A DNA stretch of 64,000 nt from a virus: positions 32,001-96,000 of IMG/VR virus record IMGVR_UViG_3300038406_000196; one strand, 5' to 3'. The translations under genes were made by a program, and so were the position numbers. Shown piece after piece: positions 27,602 to 37,079 of this stretch (positions are counted from its first letter, which is position 1; every line of letters begins with the position of its first letter). The notes under the pieces are model-generated. The model was not told the origin of the DNA. It saw only the letters and a program-made list of their open reading frames with translations, and searched no databases.

Positions 27602-27826
27602 TCAGGCGACGGGCGTGGCGATGTCCACCCGCTGCCGCAGCTCGGCGTTGACTTGCTCCAGCAGGATCGTCATCAGCCACCCGGACGCCGCCGGCGGGGT
27701 ATGTGCCCCGTCGGCGATGACGTGGAGGGTGCCAGCGGCGGCGTGCGGGGCGAGCTGGTCGAGCCCGTGGAGCAGGTTGCCGCGGATCGCGAGCAGGTCC
27801 TCCCGGTCGGCGTCAGCGAACCCCAT
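27602..27826 (-). CDS. Hypothetical protein
   Basis: Overlaps nucleotidyltransferase end. Confidence 0.5.
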   Translation of the reverse strand: MGFADADREDLLAIRGNLLHGLDQLAPHAAAGTLHVIADGAHTPPAASGWLMTILLEQVNAELRQRVDIATPVA

Positions 27827-28517
27827 CCAGCACCACCTCGCGCGGCAGGTGGGCGCGACGTACGGCCAGCAGCCACCGCTCCACGGCCGCCTCGTCCGGC
27901 CGGTCCGGCAGGACGCCCGGCTCGCGGTCGAACGCATCCTCGGCGTCCGCGAGCAGTGACCGAGCCACCTCAACGTCTCCACCGGCGACCCGCTGCCCGA
28001 AGTCGTGGTACCACCGCGGATCGTTGAGACACACTGTGAGTCGGCCGGTGCGGTGCAGCTCCAGCCCTTGATGGATCAACCTGGCAAGGTGTCTCGCGTG
28101 TTTTGCCGTCCGCTTCCGGGTGTCCGCGCTGAACGACCCGTCGCCGCGAGCCTCTAGCTTCCGGAACTGCTGTGTTGCGTACCCGAGGTGCGCGTCCTTC
28201 GTGCGGCCGGCCGAGTAGAACGCGGTACGGATCCTGATCAGCTCCTCGCCCCACTCGGTGCGCACCTCGTAGAGGGCTTCGGGAAGCCATAGGACCTCCG
28301 TGACCGTTGGGTTTCCGCCGAGCATGAGTGTGCACGCCTTGCGAGCCTCGTGGTAGGTCACATCGGGTTTGGTCGTCACGTGCGACTCGGCCGGGAAGTT
28401 CAGCCCGTGGAACGCCTCAGTGGGCGCGGCGAAGATTCCTAGCCTGTCCACGTCCGAGTCCGGGCCGGCCAGCCCGTAAGCGGTCGACCCGACGACACCC
28501 GACAGCAGCACGTGCAC
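27813..28517 (-). CDS. Pol-beta superfamily nucleotidyltransferase (RlaP/YcgL-like)
   Basis: GSTAYGL..PDSDVD..GIF...GNPT..E.L...GYA..Q...KHARHL.RL. Confidence 0.88.
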   Translation of the reverse strand: MHVLLSGVVGSTAYGLAGPDSDVDRLGIFAAPTEAFHGLNFPAESHVTTKPDVTYHEARKACTLMLGGNPTVTEVLWLPEALYEVRTEWGEELIRIRTAFYSAGRTKDAHLGYATQQFRKLEARGDGSFSADTRKRTAKHARHLARLIHQGLELHRTGRLTVCLNDPRWYHDFGQRVAGGDVEVARSLLADAEDAFDREPGVLPDRPDEAAVERWLLAVRRAHLPREVVLDGVR

Positions 28518-28964
28518 CTAGAAAGCCCCCTCCGCGACTTGCAAGACGGTCAGGCCAAGCTCCCGCCTCCACATCGACACGACCTGATCCCGGTCGTCCA
28601 AGATCCATGCGACGGCGTACCGGCCAGCGACGTGAGCCTCGTACAGCTCCCGCTTCACGATCGAGTCCTTCCGGTTGTCCCGCTCCGCCCGCATCCACAG
28701 CTCGTCGTACGGAACCTTGTGCTCGGCCAGCCACGCCTCCGTCTCCGGGCGGCACACCCCGTCGCGGCCGGACATGAGCACGATCCGGTGCCGGCCGGCG
28801 TCGGCGACCAGCCGCACCAGCTCCACCACCGGCGGGTTCGGGGCGTCCTCCCCTACCCGTTGCCAGTCGTAGAACCGGCGCACACCCGGTCCGTCACCTC
28901 GGAGGGCCAGAGTGCCGTCGATGTCTACAAGGATGGCGCGGGGTAGGTCGGTCACGTCGTCCAT
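28518..28964 (-). CDS. HAD phosphatase (PNKP 3'-phosphatase-like)
   Basis: DIDGTLA, SGR, L.MR...D.RKD..VK, DDRDQVV.MWR. Confidence 0.9.
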   Translation of the reverse strand: MDDVTDLPRAILVDIDGTLALRGDGPGVRRFYDWQRVGEDAPNPPVVELVRLVADAGRHRIVLMSGRDGVCRPETEAWLAEHKVPYDELWMRAERDNRKDSIVKRELYEAHVAGRYAVAWILDDRDQVVSMWRRELGLTVLQVAEGAF

Positions 28965-29018
28965 GATGCGCTGGCGGTGCGACAGCCGGGTTGGTGATCC
29001 CCCCGCCCAGCCCCGCGC

Positions 29019-29219
29019 TCACTCCTCACCCCCGTTGGCTAGCCACTTGTCCAGGGTCGAACGCTTCCACACCGGCAGGGCGTGACCGCTGGCGAACTCC
29101 CGGCGGTCTGGCTCGGGTGCGCTGCCTCGGTAGGCGCGGGACCGCCACGTGTTGGGGTTCATGCCTACGTAGGCGGCGGCGGCATCGTTGCCCACGATCT
29201 CCTCGTCGTCGTCTGTCAC
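29019..29219 (-). CDS. AlpA/Xis-like HTH protein (leaderless)
   Basis: AAAYVGM..NTWRS...G.APEPD...PVW..ST...W; TATGCT 6 nt before GTG. Confidence 0.75.
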   Translation of the reverse strand: MTDDDEEIVGNDAAAAYVGMNPNTWRSRAYRGSAPEPDRREFASGHALPVWKRSTLDKWLANGGEE

Positions 29220-29228
29220 GCCGACAGC

Positions 29229-29321
29229 ATAGCAACACGTGTCGCACCCATGCAACGCGCGTTGTGGCGTCGGTCACATTCCCAATTCCAGCTTGCGCGA
29301 TGCAACGCGCGTTGCTATCGT
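29229..29321. promoter_or_regulatory. Divergent promoters with three related palindromic operators
   Basis: ATGCAACGCGCGTTG at 29250 and 29300, variant at 29229; TTGCGC-17-TATCGT. Confidence 0.8.
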
Positions 29322-29343
29322 TGGTCTCACAAGCAGCACCGTA

Positions 29344-29357
29344 CCTTGAGAACTCCA
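29344..29357 (+). promoter_or_regulatory. boxA-like antitermination motif
   Basis: CCTTGAGAACTCCA resembles actinobacterial rrn boxA (TTTGAGAACTCAA), just after inferred start site. Confidence 0.55.
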
Positions 29358-29668
29358 AAGAGGGATCCAGGGGAGCCAGAGATCAGCCCCGGCCACCCCC
29401 CAGATCCAGCACCACCAACCCCGCCTCAACGGCGGGACAGAGATCCTGCAACCACGAAGTTGGCCGGACGGCCAGGCACTGGAGAAACGCGGCAGAGATG
29501 CCGCCGCACACGCCACCCATTGCGGTGGCCACCTGACGAGGGTAGTGCCGAGTAACCCGTCCGTCACGAGACCAGTACCCACCCGGGCCGCCGGGCAGGG
29601 CCTGCTCGGGAAGCGAGCGCCTCGCCGGCCAGCTACGTGGATGCAGGATCAACGACAGGGAGCACGAC

Positions 29669-29890
29669 ATGAACGAGATCATCCCGACAGCCAACGTGCA
29701 CGGCCTGGTCAGCCTGATGCGTGACGCAGGCGACGACGGCTCGCACACCCACCAGCCGGACCCGGCGGTCGCCAAGTGGAACCCGGACGCCCAGCCCTGC
29801 ACACACCCCGGCTGCCGGTGCCTGGTGCGGTGGCTGACTCGCGACGGCCAGGAATCCTGGCTGGCGGTAGCCACCCAGCGCAAAGCCTGA
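29669..29890 (+). CDS. Hypothetical protein
   Basis: AGGGAG RBS. Confidence 0.65.
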   Translation: MNEIIPTANVHGLVSLMRDAGDDGSHTHQPDPAVAKWNPDAQPCTHPGCRCLVRWLTRDGQESWLAVATQRKA

Positions 29891-30035
29891 CCAGCCCGGT
29901 GATGCTTCGGAACCCCCGGAGCTTTGCCGAGTCGGCCAGTAACTGACACAGATTCGCCCCGACCCTCAGCCGACCACAGACGCGGCAGGGGGTCGGGTGC
30001 ACAACCCCAGCAACGACAAGGGAACGGAGATCGAG

Positions 30036-30155
30036 ATGGACGAGTGCATCAAGCATGACCCGGTGGAGATCGACCGGGACGAGGACTCCGTTCACTGGCG
30101 GTGCGACGAATGCGGCGCCGAGGACTGGGACGCCGTCGAGGATTGGGGCGCCTGA
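30036..30155 (+). CDS. Small acidic Zn-ribbon peptide
   Basis: GGAG RBS; C..H...CDEC. Confidence 0.5.
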   Translation: MDECIKHDPVEIDRDEDSVHWRCDECGAEDWDAVEDWGA

Positions 30156-30202
30156 CCGGGCAGGCTACCCCGGCCTACCCGAACCCTACCGAAGGGACAG
30201 AC

Positions 30203-30316
30203 ATGAAACTCAAGCCGTTCGAGGACCGGACCGTGCGTATGCGGAAGCTCCGCAACCGGGTGCTCGTGATCGTGCTGGTGGCGGTCATCGTGCTGCTGGT
30301 GGTGGCCAACCGCTGA
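30203..30316 (+). CDS. Small membrane peptide
   Basis: GAAGGGA RBS; TM. Confidence 0.55.
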   Translation: MKLKPFEDRTVRMRKLRNRVLVIVLVAVIVLLVVANR

Positions 30317-30402
30317 CCGGACGACCACCGTCCGACCGAGTGACCGCCAGCCAGGCGGCGGTCCGGGCGGCGGCCGTCTGGCCCACGAGAGGAGATCACG
30401 AA

Positions 30403-30645
30403 ATGCTGGTCACCATCAGCACCACCCCCGACGGACGAATCACGGTCCACCGACGCGGCTGCGCGGACCTTGCACGCGAGCCGTTCGTGGCGCGGTGGGA
30501 GGCGGATGTCTCAAGCCAGAGGGAGGCCGCGCTGAGCGTCTACCCACCCGCAGGCGACGACTACGACCCTGCGGGGCAGTGGGAGCAGTACGACGACCTT
30601 GACTTCAAGCCGTGCGTGAGGAGCCTTCCCCGCCAGGAGCCCTGA
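30403..30645 (+). CDS. Hypothetical protein
   Basis: GAGGAG RBS. Confidence 0.7.
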   Translation: MLVTISTTPDGRITVHRRGCADLAREPFVARWEADVSSQREAALSVYPPAGDDYDPAGQWEQYDDLDFKPCVRSLPRQEP

Positions 30646-30782
30646 CGGGGACTCGGCGGGACGGGTCTTGTACCTGTCCTGGCCGTGGCCAATCAAGGGC
30701 CAACGCAAGAAGCCGGGGAGCGGGATTGCACCCCACTCCCCGGCCTGCATACCGATCGCCGTGATCGAGAAGGAGTCTACAG

Positions 30783-30941
30783 ATGTACGCGAGCACCAGC
30801 TACCAGCCGATGCGCACCGGCGTCCTGATCCCCCGGCAGCGGCCGGGCAAGCCCCGCGAGCTTGGGTGTGTCCACCCGCAGCGTCCCGGCCGCAGCAACG
30901 ACCGGCGCAAGGCGATCGCCGAGTCCGCGGGCACCCGCTGA
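30783..30941 (+). CDS. Small basic protein
   Basis: AAGGAG RBS. Confidence 0.55.
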   Translation: MYASTSYQPMRTGVLIPRQRPGKPRELGCVHPQRPGRSNDRRKAIAESAGTR

Positions 30942-31023
30942 TCCGGGCCGCTTCCGCGAGGGCCGAGCACACACGCTCGGTCTTGGCGGTGGCCACCCGG
31001 CCAAATCGAGAACGGAGACGAGC

Positions 31024-31272
31024 ATGAGCGACACCAAGGACCGTGCCGTGCGGGCACTGATCGCCGACGCATGGCTCGGCGAGTGGGAACGGCCGGTAGA
31101 CGGCCACGACCTGAGCAACGCCGTGGCGCTGGTGCTGCGGACCATCCGCGACGACCTGGTGATGGCCGAGCAGCGCGGCGAGATCCGGCGCCTGTCCGAC
31201 GTGGAAGAGGCGCTGAACGAGCGGATCTTCAACCTGACCGGCCGGCAGACCGTCACCGGCGACACGACCTGA
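31024..31272 (+). CDS. Hypothetical protein
   Basis: GGAG RBS. Confidence 0.7.
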   Translation: MSDTKDRAVRALIADAWLGEWERPVDGHDLSNAVALVLRTIRDDLVMAEQRGEIRRLSDVEEALNERIFNLTGRQTVTGDTT

Positions 31273-31366
31273 CCGGACCGCTTCCGTCGAGACCGAGCCA
31301 CCCTTGGTCGGTCCCGGCGGAAGATGCCCGGCAACCAACATCAACGATCTTGGAAGGACGGTCGTC

Positions 31367-31525
31367 ATGACCCAGATCTTGCGCGACCAGGGTCCACGTG
31401 CGGCCCTCGCCGCCATCCAGGCCCTGATCGGCGCGTTGGTCCCACCGTGGGAGCGGCCTGCCGTGGACCCGTGGTCGGACGGCGTGACGCTGATGTTCGG
31501 GGCGGTGCCGGCATGGCTGGCCTGA
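31367..31525 (+). CDS. Hypothetical protein
   Basis: GAAGGA RBS. Confidence 0.5.
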   Translation: MTQILRDQGPRAALAAIQALIGALVPPWERPAVDPWSDGVTLMFGAVPAWLA

Positions 31526-31737
31526 TCGCGGACCCGTGCCGGGACCATGTGGCCGGCACGGACCCGCTGCCCTGCGACACCCCGGGCGGGTTCCGGGTGG
31601 TGCACCTTGACGAGGCCGGCGAGGTGGAGCAGGTGGTGGAGCCGTACTGCGGCCACCACGCCAAGATGGCAGTCCAACAGGCGGAGCACGGCGGCGCGAC
31701 CGCCGTTGACTACGAGCCGATCCCAACCGAGGAGTGA
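31513..31737 (+). CDS. Hypothetical protein
   Basis: Coupled. Confidence 0.6.
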   Translation: MAGLIADPCRDHVAGTDPLPCDTPGGFRVVHLDEAGEVEQVVEPYCGHHAKMAVQQAEHGGATAVDYEPIPTEE

Positions 31738-32231
31738 TGACCATGGCATTCGACCTGAGCAGGTACCTGGCCGACCAGCACCACACCGGCTCCACCTGGT
31801 GGCTGTACCGGTTCCCATCCGGCCGGTCCGCCTCGGTGGAACCTGACGCACGTCCGGAGCACCCGTTCCGGTTCGAGGTGCAGGTCGACGACCAGCAGCC
31901 CATGTCGGGGCTGACCTCCGATCAGGTGGAGGCGAAGCTGGCCGAGGTGTACGCCCTACCGAAGCCGGAGTTGATCGTGGCTTGGGTGAACGTGGACGAG
32001 CGGGGCCACCTGATCCCGTGGGGCGAGCGCATGAACGGCTCCACGGTCACGGTCGGCGACGACACGTGGTCGGTGCCGAACAAGGTGGAGCACGGCGGGG
32101 TGCTGTGGATGTCCCGTGTCAGCTACGCCCTGCGGGAGTTCGGCTGGCGGCCGGCGAACGGAGCAGACCATGACTTCACCCGGCCCGGCGTCATCGGGGT
32201 GCCGGTCGAGCGGATCGACACCAAGGAGTGA
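31734..32231 (+). CDS. Hypothetical protein
   Basis: GAGGAG RBS, coupled. Confidence 0.7.
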   Translation: MMTMAFDLSRYLADQHHTGSTWWLYRFPSGRSASVEPDARPEHPFRFEVQVDDQQPMSGLTSDQVEAKLAEVYALPKPELIVAWVNVDERGHLIPWGERMNGSTVTVGDDTWSVPNKVEHGGVLWMSRVSYALREFGWRPANGADHDFTRPGVIGVPVERIDTKE

Positions 32232-32241
32232 CCGAACAGGT

Positions 32242-32271
32242 ATAGCCGGTACCGGCAGTACCGGCTATGCT
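32242..32271 (+). promoter_or_regulatory. Operator IR overlapping leaderless -10
   Basis: ATAGCCGGTAC-5-GTACCGGCTAT; TATGCT 6 nt before ATG 32278. Confidence 0.7.
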
Positions 32272-32277
32272 CAGGTC

Positions 32278-32610
32278 ATGAGCACACCGCTAGGCGATCT
32301 GATCCGCCATAAGCGCAAGGACAAGGGCTGGACCCAAACCCAGCTCGCCGAACGCCTCCGCGTCCAACAGGTCACCGTCTCCGAGTGGGAGACCGGCAAA
32401 AACCAGCCGAGGGACATCACCGCCGTGATGAAGATCCTCGGCATCACCCACGACGAGTTCATGGCCGCAGTGGCGGCGATGGTCTACGACGACCCGGTGG
32501 TCATCCACCTGTCGGCGACCACCGCGGTCAGCGCCGAGGTACGGGACGCACTGCTCACCCTGTACCGGGAAGCCGTCCAGGCGCACCGGACCAAGAACGA
32601 CAAGGAGTGA
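32278..32610 (+). CDS. XRE HTH regulator
   Basis: RKDKGWTQTQLAERLRVQQVTVSEWETGKNQP. Confidence 0.88.
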   Translation: MSTPLGDLIRHKRKDKGWTQTQLAERLRVQQVTVSEWETGKNQPRDITAVMKILGITHDEFMAAVAAMVYDDPVVIHLSATTAVSAEVRDALLTLYREAVQAHRTKNDKE

Positions 32611-33089
32611 TGACCATGACCACCACGCACGACCAGCCGCCGTTCATGAGCGAGAGCCTGCCCGGCACCAAGCCCGACCTGGAGGGCCTGGCCGTGGGCT
32701 CGGATGTCCTGGTGGTCCAGGCCAGCTACCACCGCCGAGCGATCAAGGGCGACGTGCAGCCGATCCGGGCCACGGTGACCAGCAAGGCCCGGGTGTGGAT
32801 CGAGGCCCAGCAGGTCGACGGCGACCAGCGCTACCGGCGGTCCTGGCGGTTCCGGATGGACAACCAGACGGACGGCTCGGACAGCCACTACGCCGACCGG
32901 TTCTACACCCCCGACCAGTACCGGTTCCGCCAGGCATCGATCAGTGCCAGCGACTACCTGGCCGGCCAGGGTATCCGGATCGACTGGGACTCGCCCTGGA
33001 AAGACGAGGCCCGCACCATCGAGCTGGCCCGGATGATCTGGACCGCCGCCGCCATCGAGGCCAACGAACAGCAGGAAGGGAGGCGCTAA
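32610..33089 (+). CDS. Hypothetical protein
   Basis: AAGGAG RBS, coupled. Confidence 0.7.
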   Translation: MTMTTTHDQPPFMSESLPGTKPDLEGLAVGSDVLVVQASYHRRAIKGDVQPIRATVTSKARVWIEAQQVDGDQRYRRSWRFRMDNQTDGSDSHYADRFYTPDQYRFRQASISASDYLAGQGIRIDWDSPWKDEARTIELARMIWTAAAIEANEQQEGRR

Positions 33090-33091
33090 CC

Positions 33092-33379
33092 ATGGCGCAG
33101 AACGAGGAGACAGTGGAACTGGTGCGGCGGGCGCTGTCCAGGTGCGCCACCTCCCGCGGCTACCGGCTGCGGGACGAACGCGACCCGCTGGCCCGGGCAG
33201 TGGTGGGCGCGCTAGGCGAGACCGGCAAGCTTCGGCCCGAACCGGACCCGCTGCGGGAGCTGGCCGAATGGCTGGTGTCCCTCGACGACTGCCGGGATCT
33301 CGGCACCGTCGAGAAGCGCACCGCCGCCATGGGCGAGGCGATTGCCCGTGCCCGGCAGGCACTGGGGAAGGAGGACTGA
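33092..33379 (+). CDS. Hypothetical protein
   Basis: GGAGG RBS. Confidence 0.65.
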   Translation: MAQNEETVELVRRALSRCATSRGYRLRDERDPLARAVVGALGETGKLRPEPDPLRELAEWLVSLDDCRDLGTVEKRTAAMGEAIARARQALGKED

Positions 33380-33382
33380 CCG

Positions 33383-33574
33383 GTGGCGTGGGAGGACCGA
33401 ACCCCAGCGCAGAAGCGTCAGGCCCGCCGCGAGGCGCGCGAGTACGCCCGCACCGACGACGACGTGAACTACATCGTCGTCACCGAGAAGGGCACCCGTA
33501 TCCGGGTGCATGGCCGGAACAGCGCCAAGGCTGTAGCCGGCAAGCACGGAACGTACAAGCCCGAGGAGGACTGA
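33383..33574 (+). CDS. Hypothetical protein
   Basis: GGAGG RBS. Confidence 0.65.
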   Translation: MAWEDRTPAQKRQARREAREYARTDDDVNYIVVTEKGTRIRVHGRNSAKAVAGKHGTYKPEED

Positions 33575-33577
33575 GGG

Positions 33578-33832
33578 ATGCCCCAGAGCGACAAGGTACA
33601 GATCAACGTCCAGGTGGAGACCAAGTCCACCACCGAGTACTGTGCTGCTGACCTTCCCGAGGGCAGCGTGGTGGCCACCGAGGGCAAGGCGTATGTACGG
33701 GCCACGGACGGCGCCCCGGAAGGTGCCCCGTGGCGCGGCACCAACGGCGGCTACTTCGGCGACTGGAAGGTAGACGAGGAGCTGGCCAACGGCGCGCAGG
33801 TGCTCAGGGTGGGCACCGGAGCGGGGGGCTGA
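33578..33832 (+). CDS. Hypothetical protein
   Basis: Operonic spacing. Confidence 0.65.
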   Translation: MPQSDKVQINVQVETKSTTEYCAADLPEGSVVATEGKAYVRATDGAPEGAPWRGTNGGYFGDWKVDEELANGAQVLRVGTGAGG

Positions 33833-33835
33833 GGG

Positions 33836-33991
33836 ATGAAGCGACAGAAGCGCCAGGACCCAGAGCGGTCGCTGGTGGCCGCAGTTGGAGAGCAGGTTGT
33901 CACGGTCCTGGTCTACGCAGTTGTGACTGGAGTGGCTGTGCTGGTGGTCGTGTACGTGGGGTCCGCCCTGGTGTCGCTGGTGGGGGGCTGA
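33836..33991 (+). CDS. Small membrane protein
   Basis: Val-rich TM; 3-nt spacing at both ends. Confidence 0.55.
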   Translation: MKRQKRQDPERSLVAAVGEQVVTVLVYAVVTGVAVLVVVYVGSALVSLVGG

Positions 33992-33994
33992 GCG

Positions 33995-34297
33995 GTGGAG
34001 ATGACCACCGACCAGGTTCGGCTCCGGGTGGCGATCCGGGGGGACCTGCTACGCACCCTCGAACGCGCCGCCAGCCAGCGCAATCAGCGGGAGGACCTGG
34101 TAGACGGCCAACCCGGCTGGGTCGGCCACGAGCGGCGGGCGATGCACGAGGCGGTGAACCGGTGGCGGCACAGGCTGGCGCTGCCGCCGGTGCCGCTGGT
34201 CGAGATCGAGCGTGTCGAGCGCGCCGCGGAGGGTCACATCGACTACGCGTGGAAGTCCGCGCTCCGCTGCGCCGACCTTGCCGCCGGGGAGGGCTGA
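33995..34297 (+). CDS. Hypothetical protein
   Basis: Operonic spacing. Confidence 0.7.
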   Translation: MEMTTDQVRLRVAIRGDLLRTLERAASQRNQREDLVDGQPGWVGHERRAMHEAVNRWRHRLALPPVPLVEIERVERAAEGHIDYAWKSALRCADLAAGEG

Positions 34298-34300
34298 GGG

Positions 34301-34585
34301 GTGGTCCTGACCAAGCGTCACATGTCCGTGCTGGAGTTGGTGGCCAGGGGTGCGATCACCCAACGGTTCCTGGCCATCTCGCTACGGCTACGTCCGGAAG
34401 GGCGCGGCTACGAGCAAGCCGTGGCGGCGAGGGAGCTTGCCGAGGCGGGCTATCTTCGACCGCCGGTGCGGTTCGCCCGACTGCTGCACCGCCGCTGCCC
34501 GGCTGTGTTCACCGCGCGCGGCTGGCACGCGTTCAACGACGCCAAGCTCCGCGAGGGCCAGGCGCTACCGCAGCGGGAGGGCTGA
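34301..34585 (+). CDS. Hypothetical protein, wHTH-like
   Basis: Operonic spacing. Confidence 0.6.
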   Translation: MVLTKRHMSVLELVARGAITQRFLAISLRLRPEGRGYEQAVAARELAEAGYLRPPVRFARLLHRRCPAVFTARGWHAFNDAKLREGQALPQREG

Positions 34586-34588
34586 ACT

Positions 34589-34804
34589 GTGCTCGGGCGA
34601 CTGATCGAGACGGTGGCGTACTACGCGCACCCAGCGAGGCTGGCATGCCGGATCTCGGGCACCGAGTGGTCCGAGAACTGGCGTTCGTGGCCCCACTGCA
34701 ACACCCAGGGCGGCTGCTGGATGCACGTCTCGGCGAGGTGGTGCCGCTGCGCGTGTCGCTGGTGTCGGTTGGCGAGGAAGATCCGGCGGCATCTGCCGTG
34801 CTAG
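34589..34804 (+). CDS. Cys/Trp-rich small protein
   Basis: GGAGG RBS. Confidence 0.5.
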   Translation: MLGRLIETVAYYAHPARLACRISGTEWSENWRSWPHCNTQGGCWMHVSARWCRCACRWCRLARKIRRHLPC

Positions 34805-35533
34805 CCCGCGGTCATGCGATCTCCGGTGCGGCGGGCGGCTGGGCCTCGTTGCCCAGCCGGCCCGCTGCTCGGTTTCGACCCGACACCGTTGCAGATCGTG
34901 GCCGGGACGGTCGTAGCCACCGGGGCGAGCCTGGTACCCGACATCGACCATCCCAGCTCGACGGCGGCCCGGTCGCTGGGCCCGGTGACCCGCATCGCCG
35001 CGCGCTTCGTGTCCTACCTCAGCGATGCGGTGCGGGATGGCACCTGCGGATGCTGCGACACCCCCGGAACCCACGGACATCGCACGTTGACCCACACCGC
35101 GCTGTTCGCAGTCGCTGCCGGTGCCGGCATCTCGGCCGCCGGCTGGCGTTGGGGCACCACCGCCGCCGCGATCGTCGTCGGAGTGGCGGCCGGTTTGGCG
35201 GTGCTCGGGCTGTTGGCCCGGCGCGGGGTGTGGCTCACCGCCGCCCTCGCCGGGACCGCGGCCGGCCTGTCCGTCCACTGGCTGGGCGGGGACGGCTGGT
35301 GGTGGCTCGGCGTGCCGGCGGGCTGGGGTGTGCTCTGCCATGCGGTGGGCGACGGGCTGACCGAGAGCGGTGTCCCGCTGTGGTGGCCGCTGCGGATCTC
35401 CGGCTGCCGGTGGAAGCGGGTGGGCTCCCCCAAGTGGCTCCGGTTCAAGACCGGCGGCTGGTTCGAGAGGCTGCTGTCGGTGGCGATGGTGGCCGGTGGC
35501 GGGTTCGCCGGCTGGGTGCTGTTGACCGGCTGA
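34798..35533 (+). pseudogene. YdjM-like membrane metal-dependent hydrolase, frameshift near 34835-34850
   Basis: N-terminal GHAISG motif is in a different frame from PDIDHP, HRTLTH and H..GD.LT..GVP. Confidence 0.7.
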
Positions 35534-35573
35534 GCACTGCGGGCCGGGCTGTCGGCGGTGCAATTGCCTCCTA

Positions 35574-35636
35574 AAACCTGTCTAGAACCCTTGCGCATTT
35601 CCGTGGACTATGGTTTCATTGGTTGTAGACAGGTTT
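35574..35636 (+). promoter_or_regulatory. Promoter region bracketed by 16-bp IR
   Basis: AAACCTGTCTAGAACC / GGTTGTAGACAGGTTT (15/16), AT-rich. Confidence 0.7.
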
Positions 35637-35647
35637 CAGGAGGAGCG

Positions 35648-36004
35648 ATGACCACCACCACCGAAATCCCCCCGGCGATCCGCCACTGGCTCGACAAGCG
35701 CACCATCTGCACCGTCCACTGGATCACCCAGGACGGCCAGGAACACCACGTACTCGCCCCCACCAAAGGCTGGGGACGCACCCCCAACGGCACGCCGATG
35801 CTGGTCCTCGGCACCAAGCCGAAGCCGACCCACGTCCCCGCCGCCGCACTGCAGCGGTGGCTTGACCGCCAGACCGTCGCCACCCGGCCCGCGCTCCCGG
35901 CGACCGAGCGGTGCCAGGACTGCGGCAAGCCGCTGGGCACCGGCCCGAACGGCCACATGGACGAGCATGCGAGCGCTCCCGGCTACTGCTACGACTGCGT
36001 GTGA
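35648..36004 (+). CDS. Hypothetical protein with C-terminal Zn finger
   Basis: AGGAGGAG RBS; CQDC...CYDC. Confidence 0.7.
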   Translation: MTTTTEIPPAIRHWLDKRTICTVHWITQDGQEHHVLAPTKGWGRTPNGTPMLVLGTKPKPTHVPAAALQRWLDRQTVATRPALPATERCQDCGKPLGTGPNGHMDEHASAPGYCYDCV

Positions 36005-36012
36005 GGGGGACC

Positions 36013-36543
36013 ATGACGATCAAGGAGTACCTGAGCATGGCCGACATCGCCGAGGCGGAGGGTGTGGACGTGGCCACGGTGTCGAAGTGGCGCGACCGGT
36101 TCGCCGACTTTCCGGCTCCGGACATCCGCCTCGGCAGGCGGGGCCAGTGGCCCGGCTGGGACGAGTCCCGGCTGCCCGAGATCTCCGCCTGGCGGGAGAA
36201 CCGCCACGGGCAGGGCGGCCGGCCCCGGCACATCACCGTGGACGAAGCCCACGCCATCGGCCTGCCGCTGGCCGAGTGGATCGCCGCGGGCTCGACCCCC
36301 ACCGAGCGGACCCGCCGCCTCGAACGGCTCCACCAGGCGACCGACCAACCGGCGGCACTGGCCGCCATCCTGGACGCCGCCAAGGTGCAGCCGCCGAACC
36401 AGCACGTGGCACTCGTGCTGACCAAGCCCGCCGGCAACCAGGCCGGTGACTACGCCCGTGGTCTCGTCCTGACCGCCACGCTGGAGCACATCGCGCAGTT
36501 TCGTCCCTACCCGCAGTTCGCCGTACCCACCACCGAGGAGTGA
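36013..36543 (+). CDS. AlpA-like HTH protein
   Basis: LSMADIAEAEGV..ATVSKWRDRFADFPAP. Confidence 0.75.
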   Translation: MTIKEYLSMADIAEAEGVDVATVSKWRDRFADFPAPDIRLGRRGQWPGWDESRLPEISAWRENRHGQGGRPRHITVDEAHAIGLPLAEWIAAGSTPTERTRRLERLHQATDQPAALAAILDAAKVQPPNQHVALVLTKPAGNQAGDYARGLVLTATLEHIAQFRPYPQFAVPTTEE

Positions 36544-36989
36544 TTTTGATGGTACGAAGCCCCGAGTCCGCCAGCACGCCGATCAGCGGCTGGAAGTACC
36601 AGCACGGCAACCCGCAAGACCGTAACGACTTTCAGGACTACACCGCTGGCGAGCTGCGAGAGCTGGAGCGCGAGGGCGACCTCGACTTCGCCGACCACCC
36701 GGCGCTGCAGCCGGCCCGTCCACCGACAGCCAAGCTGCGCGAGCTGGCCCGCCTTGCCCTGGTCTACGACGACGACGAGGGGCCGTACCGCGGGTACCTC
36801 CACGCCACGTACCCCCGGCTGCACGGCCTCTACAACGCCGCACGCTGGCTTGGCCAGGCGTGGCGGACGCCGGAGACGGAGGACCTGGACGACCTGCACC
36901 TGGACAAGGTCGAGCCCGCGGATCTGCTGATGGACGAGTGGCGCAAGGCGGTGCAGCGGATCGCCGACGGCCAGCTGCCGGAGGGGTGA
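36540..36989 (+). CDS. Hypothetical protein
   Basis: GAGGAG RBS, coupled. Confidence 0.7.
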   Translation: MILMVRSPESASTPISGWKYQHGNPQDRNDFQDYTAGELRELEREGDLDFADHPALQPARPPTAKLRELARLALVYDDDEGPYRGYLHATYPRLHGLYNAARWLGQAWRTPETEDLDDLHLDKVEPADLLMDEWRKAVQRIADGQLPEG

Positions 36990-37020
36990 CACTGCCTGAC
37001 TGCTCAACTCTGCTGGCCCC

Positions 37021-37055
37021 GCGCCCCGTCTGGGTTGTTCACCCAGGCGGGGCGC
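37021..37055. terminator. Terminator hairpin between convergent genes
   Basis: GCGCCCCGTCTGGGT-tgttc-ACCCAGGCGGGGCGC. Confidence 0.7.
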
Positions 37056-37079
37056 TCCCGTCTCCGATGCCGTTGTGTC

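Noticed and set aside
30713-30745. T-loop-like hairpin suggesting a tRNA
   Set aside because: No acceptor, D or anticodon arms recognisable
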